From assembly GCA_918797485.1 (NCBI GenBank), contig CAKKNE010000006.1, positions 2,356,001 to 2,420,000 on the forward strand: a stretch of 64,000 nt of DNA, in the 5' to 3' direction. The position numbers and the translations under genes were made by a program. This DNA is from Pelagomonas calceolata. Lineage: Eukaryota. This document shows, one piece after another, positions 59,581 to 64,000 of this stretch (position 1 is the first letter of the stretch; each line of letters opens with the position of its first letter). The notes under the pieces were generated by a model. It did no database searches and had not been told where the DNA came from. It saw nothing but the letters and a program-made list of their open reading frames with translations.

Positions 59581-59650
59581 GTGTAAGTGTGATTGTACTC
59601 AACCCCTGCCTTGACGAGACGCCCCCCGTAAAAGAAAGTAAGCAAGCTAG

Positions 59651-60840
59651 TTACTCCTCCCCCGACGGACGCGCCCGAGCCCGAGCGGCGCGAGTCCTCG
59701 TGGCCACCCCCGACGGCGTCTCGCGGGCGCCGAGCGCGGCTCGCGCGTTTTGCAGTGCGCCCTCGATCCCCGTTGTGAGCGGGTACGCGCCGCCGAGCAC
59801 GCGCCGCGCGATCCGTTCCGAGTCCTCGAGCGTCGCCACGGCCTCGCGGAGATCGTCGAGCGTGGCATCGTCGTCCTTGTAGAGCGCCCTCGCGTAGTTT
59901 AACCTCATTACGAGCGTGAGATCCTCATTCTCCCCGAGAACACGTCGCGCCACGGGCATCGTTTCGCGCGATAGTGCCTTGGCTTCTTCGAAGCGCTGTA
60001 GAGCAAAAAGGGAATACGCGTAGTTGTTGGCTGCCAAGAGAGTCTTTTCATGTTCCTCGCCGTGGAACTCCAGACGTCCGGAGTATACGTCTCGTCGCAG
60101 GGACAGTGCCTCGTCTTGCCTACCTAGCATTTCATACGTGCTCGCAAGATTGCTCTGCACGGAGAGTAAGTTGTGTTCTGATACGCCGATTCGCCGCCGC
60201 GTAGCGAAATCGGCCTCCTTCACGGACAACGCGTCCTCGTGGTGTCCTGCGTCGTGTAAACCGACCCCAAGCAGGTTCATCGCATGACACCGAACCGTGT
60301 CCGCCTCCGGCCGCCCCAAGTACGTCTTCCAGCACGCCCACCCGAGCGCGCACGACACGACGCTGTGGTAGCTTTGGTTGCACAGGCCGCACGTGTGCCA
60401 CCGCCTCCACCCCGCATCAAATGTCTCATCGTCCAAATAATCGTTGTCGAGAATACCATCCGCGACCAAAGTCTTCGCCTGCCGCGCCAAGCACGACACA
60501 TGCGCAAAGCCCGCTCCCCCGCGGCACGCGCACCCGCGCACGAGGCCTCTCCCGTGTGCGGATGCACGGCCTCGAGACAGATGTAGCACGTCTGACCCGC
60601 CGTGTCCTCCGCGCACTCCTCGACCGCGTCCGCGACGGCCTCCTTGTATTTTTTGTCGGCGTGGTATTGTTCGGCGCCGCCACCGCTGGCTATTTCGTCA
60701 CAAATTTCGTCGTGCCCGCCTCTGTGAGAGTGGTAGCGTAGGCATCGCTCACTGCAATAGCGAGTCCGACACCCCACGCATCTCGCGGGGGCGTCGTGGG
60801 CCAGTGGGGCGGCACAGGCGGCGCAATTTGTGAGGATCAT
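59651..60840 (-). pseudogene. MYND-RINGv-TPR paralog with 1-nt frameshift near 60547
   Basis: MILTNCAAC start at 60840; reads GAG-GC-CTC where paralog 45881 has GAG GGC CTC GTG CGC GGG. Confidence 0.7.
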
Positions 60841-61089
60841 CTTATTTTGGCGGGGTCCAGTGAGGGTCGCGCCGGCGTACTGGCTAGGCCTCTTGTGAGA
60901 GTTAGCTAGCGTAAGCGACTTACTAGCAAATTCAAAGATACGCTTCGATAGCGTCAAAAGAATGACCCAAATTCAGAATACATCCTAGTCGTTCGCCGAG
61001 ACCAAAGATTTCAGAGTAGCGGCCCGGGAACATACCCTCGCGCCTCCCGGAAGTCGCCGCCCGCGACATTCACGGGTAAGTCTTACGGC

Positions 61090-61770
61090 TCGCCAAAATA
61101 CACCAGCGATTGACAGCGCCTTCTACCGTCCAGATAGTACATTATATCAACTCCAGGCCAGTTTTCATACACAATCGACGGAACCGGAGCCGACGGCCCG
61201 CGCCCGGAGGGCGGGAGAAGAATTCTACGAGACAACTTCCGAGTTTATGTTCGTTTCCTTCCGTTTGTTGGTGGTAGAGGCCATCTAGGCCGAATCAGTG
61301 GCTACTGAGCTATTTTAGATATTCCGTTGGAGCCGCGCGAAACGGGGACTCGGCAGCCCCACGTTTTTCCAAAGGGGGGCTCGAAGCCTGCACCCGCGAC
61401 TATCAGCAACGACATCATCCAGATGGACCATAACGCCGTTGTTCTATTCACAATCGACCGACTTGCCCGTTCTCCGCGGACGACGGTACGTACGCGGGGC
61501 ACCGGAAAGGCCCCAGACCGGTGAGTTATAAAATAAATTTGCGTTTCAGGCGCTTTAGTCCTAGGACGGGCCATCTAACCGGCTTGATTGTGTACTACAT
61601 TGCTCCGAGACCCAAAGATGCTCGGCGCGGGTCGTCGGTCTCGCGAGCCCACGATCTGGCTTAGATTGGCGAATTACTTGGACCTGCGACCATCAGCCCG
61701 TGTACCATCACCATGGACCATGACGCGATCATTTGTTTCGTGATCGACTGACTTACGCGAGGTCCAGATC
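61090..61770. repeat. Degenerate ~280-290-bp tandem repeat (about 3 units) in a non-coding block
   Basis: Recurring blocks CCAGAT(A/G)G / CCATGGACCAT near 61130, 61419 and 61711; (CA)ATCGAC at 61171, 61450 and 61742; GGCCATCTA at 61280 and 61569. Confidence 0.5.
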
Positions 61771-62515
61771 AAGATGTTCACGTCCCGAGCGTGGGCAGCC
61801 AAAAGTACCCTTCTCGGCGTGTAGAACTCATATATTTGTAATTGACTATCGGTGGGGTAGTATAGGGTCCAACGAGATCGCTACGGCGACTACTGGGGGC
61901 CCTCGGGTAATTGACGTATGTGACTGGAACGGGGCGCCATCGGGTCCGAATTGCACACTTTTTTCGGGGGCAGATCGGCTCCTGGAGGCCTCTCGGGGCG
62001 GGTCTGGTTGTAGGTGGTCGCCCGTACCGCATACGCCGTCGATGCGGCAGCCTGGTGCTCTCCGAGAGCCCTGGAAGCCATTGCCAAGTAATTCATGCTA
62101 TTCCTCCGTGGCTTGCTGAGCGAAATCGACCAAAAAAGCTTGAAGCGCCGGCGCATGCGGTGTAGGCGCTTGCGCGTGTATAGTACCGACCCTAGGCGAC
62201 CCCAGGGACACCTCTTGGACAGGGATTGACAGGATTCCACCGGCGCGGCTGTCATGGCCCTTCGGAGCTCGTCCGGCGCGAATTAAAAAATTTCCTTTTT
62301 CGCCCCCCAGTAAGTGTCCCATTGATCTCTTTGGACCAGTAGCGACCCGAACGGTACTCAAACGACTGCATGACGCATCTTGTTTAAAGCCTAGTGTGTC
62401 TCTCGCCTAGCCTCGTTTACAAGCTCGACTTTGTACGGCTGCAAAAACTGGTCGCATTGCTCAGTGCTGCAGACGTGAGCCGTGCGCATTGACGCCATCG
62501 ACGCGCTGCACAAAC

Positions 62516-63277
62516 ATGGCTGCCACAAAAGCGCTGCGCGTCGTCTCCTACAACGTGCAGCGCTGGGGCCGGCTCGACACTATTATAGATACGCTGGCGC
62601 GGCTCCGGCCGGACGTGTTGTGTCTCCAGGAGTGCTGCCAGAAGCGCGGCGCGGGGGCTTTGCAGAAGGTCGCGGACGCCTGCGGGCTCAAGCAGGTTCA
62701 TTTTTTTGGCCACACGATGGACGAATCCTACGGGAACGCGATCCTCACGCGGGCGCCGAGCTCGCTGGTCATGGAGATCTTCCTCGCGGGCGGTTCTATT
62801 ATTGGGGACCACCACATCCAGCGCGGCGCTTTATTCGTAGAAATGGGCGCGATCCGAGTGTGTTGCACGCACTTGGACCACATCTCGGAGAACGAGCGCG
62901 CGATCCAGGCCGGCGGGCTGGTCCGGCAGCTCCACGACCTGCGAGGCGATTCGAAAGCGATGCTGGTCGTGGGCGACCTCAACGCACTGAACGACGAGGC
63001 GAAGTGGGATAGGTTAGATCAGATCCACGAGGAGAACGGCTGGGCGCCGCCCGAGGACTCGTCGGTGCCCGGCGGCGCGCTGCACACGTTTTTGGAGAAC
63101 GGCTGGGTCGACGTGAGTCGGGGCGCCGGGCTGAGCTCGCCGGCGAAAGACCCCGTCCGGCGCGTCGACTACGTCCTGGCGCACGGGCCTGTCGTTGTCA
63201 AGCGGGCGCGGACGGACGCGTCGGCGGACGGGTCGGACCACCTGCCGGTCGTTGTCGAGGTCGAGGTGCCGGCTTAA
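62516..63277 (+). CDS. Endonuclease/exonuclease/phosphatase (EEP) family protein
   Basis: SYNV, LCLQE, GNAILTR, THLDH, GDLN, RVDYV, SDHLPV. Confidence 0.9.
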   Translation: MAATKALRVVSYNVQRWGRLDTIIDTLARLRPDVLCLQECCQKRGAGALQKVADACGLKQVHFFGHTMDESYGNAILTRAPSSLVMEIFLAGGSIIGDHHIQRGALFVEMGAIRVCCTHLDHISENERAIQAGGLVRQLHDLRGDSKAMLVVGDLNALNDEAKWDRLDQIHEENGWAPPEDSSVPGGALHTFLENGWVDVSRGAGLSSPAKDPVRRVDYVLAHGPVVVKRARTDASADGSDHLPVVVEVEVPA

Positions 63278-64000
63278 TTTAGTTTTACTTGTGCTAGCTT
63301 CCCGCGCGCCGCCCCGAGCGAACGCGCGTCCGGGCCACCGTAGACAGGGGTATCTTGCGTCGTTCTCTCGCTCTTTCGCTTTGTGGTCGCCTCGTGCGGT
63401 GTGGGCTGGGGGAAGGACCGCGTGCGCGGCGCCGCCGCGGCGACGCGTCCGCGGAACGAATGTGTGGTTCGGGTGCGAATCCTCTCGTGGTCTGGCGTGC
63501 GTGTTCGTACGTTCCAGCTGCGGTTGTGGGCGGCTATGGGCGTCCTCCGCCGTCGAAACAATGGCGGCGCGGTGCTGGGCAGCTTGTTTTTGGCTAAGAT
63601 ATTGCCGTGCGCTTCGTATCAACGACCGTGGGCAGCCCGTAGCGGCAGCCGTTTGCGCTTGGCAGGTCCAACAAGGCATCAGGGCAGCATTTGGGCGCCC
63701 GTCATAATACGATTTCCTCGGCGGCGGCGGCCAATGAGATGCTGCTGGTAAATGTCTACCTTGAGTTTCGGGGGACCAGACTAGTATGTCAAACGCTAGT
63801 TGGGGGGCCCCGGCGCTGCTTCCAGGGCTCCCGCGCGAGGACTGGGTGGTCCTGTCGACGGCTAAGGAGGGCTCCTCTTGACCTCGCCCGGAGTAATGCT
63901 GACGGCAGGCCGGCTCGTATGATAATACGCGAGGTTGCTGCTTCTAGGATCGCAGAACAAATTCAGGCGCGCGTCCGCCTGCCCACTTGTTTGCCCCAGA

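Noticed and set aside
60927..62390. Small ORFs, rRNA/tRNA or terminal inverted repeats in the non-coding block
   Set aside because: No coding-like composition, no recognisable RNA gene signature, and only weak end similarity
62516..63277. EEP domain as a LINE retrotransposon endonuclease
   Set aside because: Stand-alone ORF with no reverse transcriptase downstream

Overview
This is gene-dense, GC-rich eukaryotic nuclear DNA. The LHC/FCP gene, CFAP57, short TIR-bounded introns and GC-AG splice sites point to a pelagophyte stramenopile (Pelagomonas/Aureococcus-like); this is inference. About 35 protein-coding genes can be reconstructed, many split by short introns. Main signals: (1) a family of introner-type DNA elements (TIR CTGTGTGGAAATCAA...TTGATTTCCACACAG, 8-bp target-site duplication supplying the GT/GC donor). 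They are spliceable in either orientation, include five introns spaced about 200 bp apart in one gene, and share a CGCCATCGACGCG motif found in almost every intron. (2) A recurrent intergenic CTAG-N10-14-CTAG motif (CTAGCGnnTGTAAGACACTAG) upstream of many genes. (3) An unusual WWE-WWE-LRR-ion channel-CNBD fusion gene whose WWE-like module recurs in a nearby GRDP/DUF1399 gene, close to HET-ankyrin and MYND-RINGv-TPR genes. (4) A degenerate ~290-bp tandem repeat in the 1.5-kb non-coding block near 61 kb. No rRNA, tRNA, CRISPR or transposase ORF was recognised. All gene models were made by eye and need RNA-seq confirmation.
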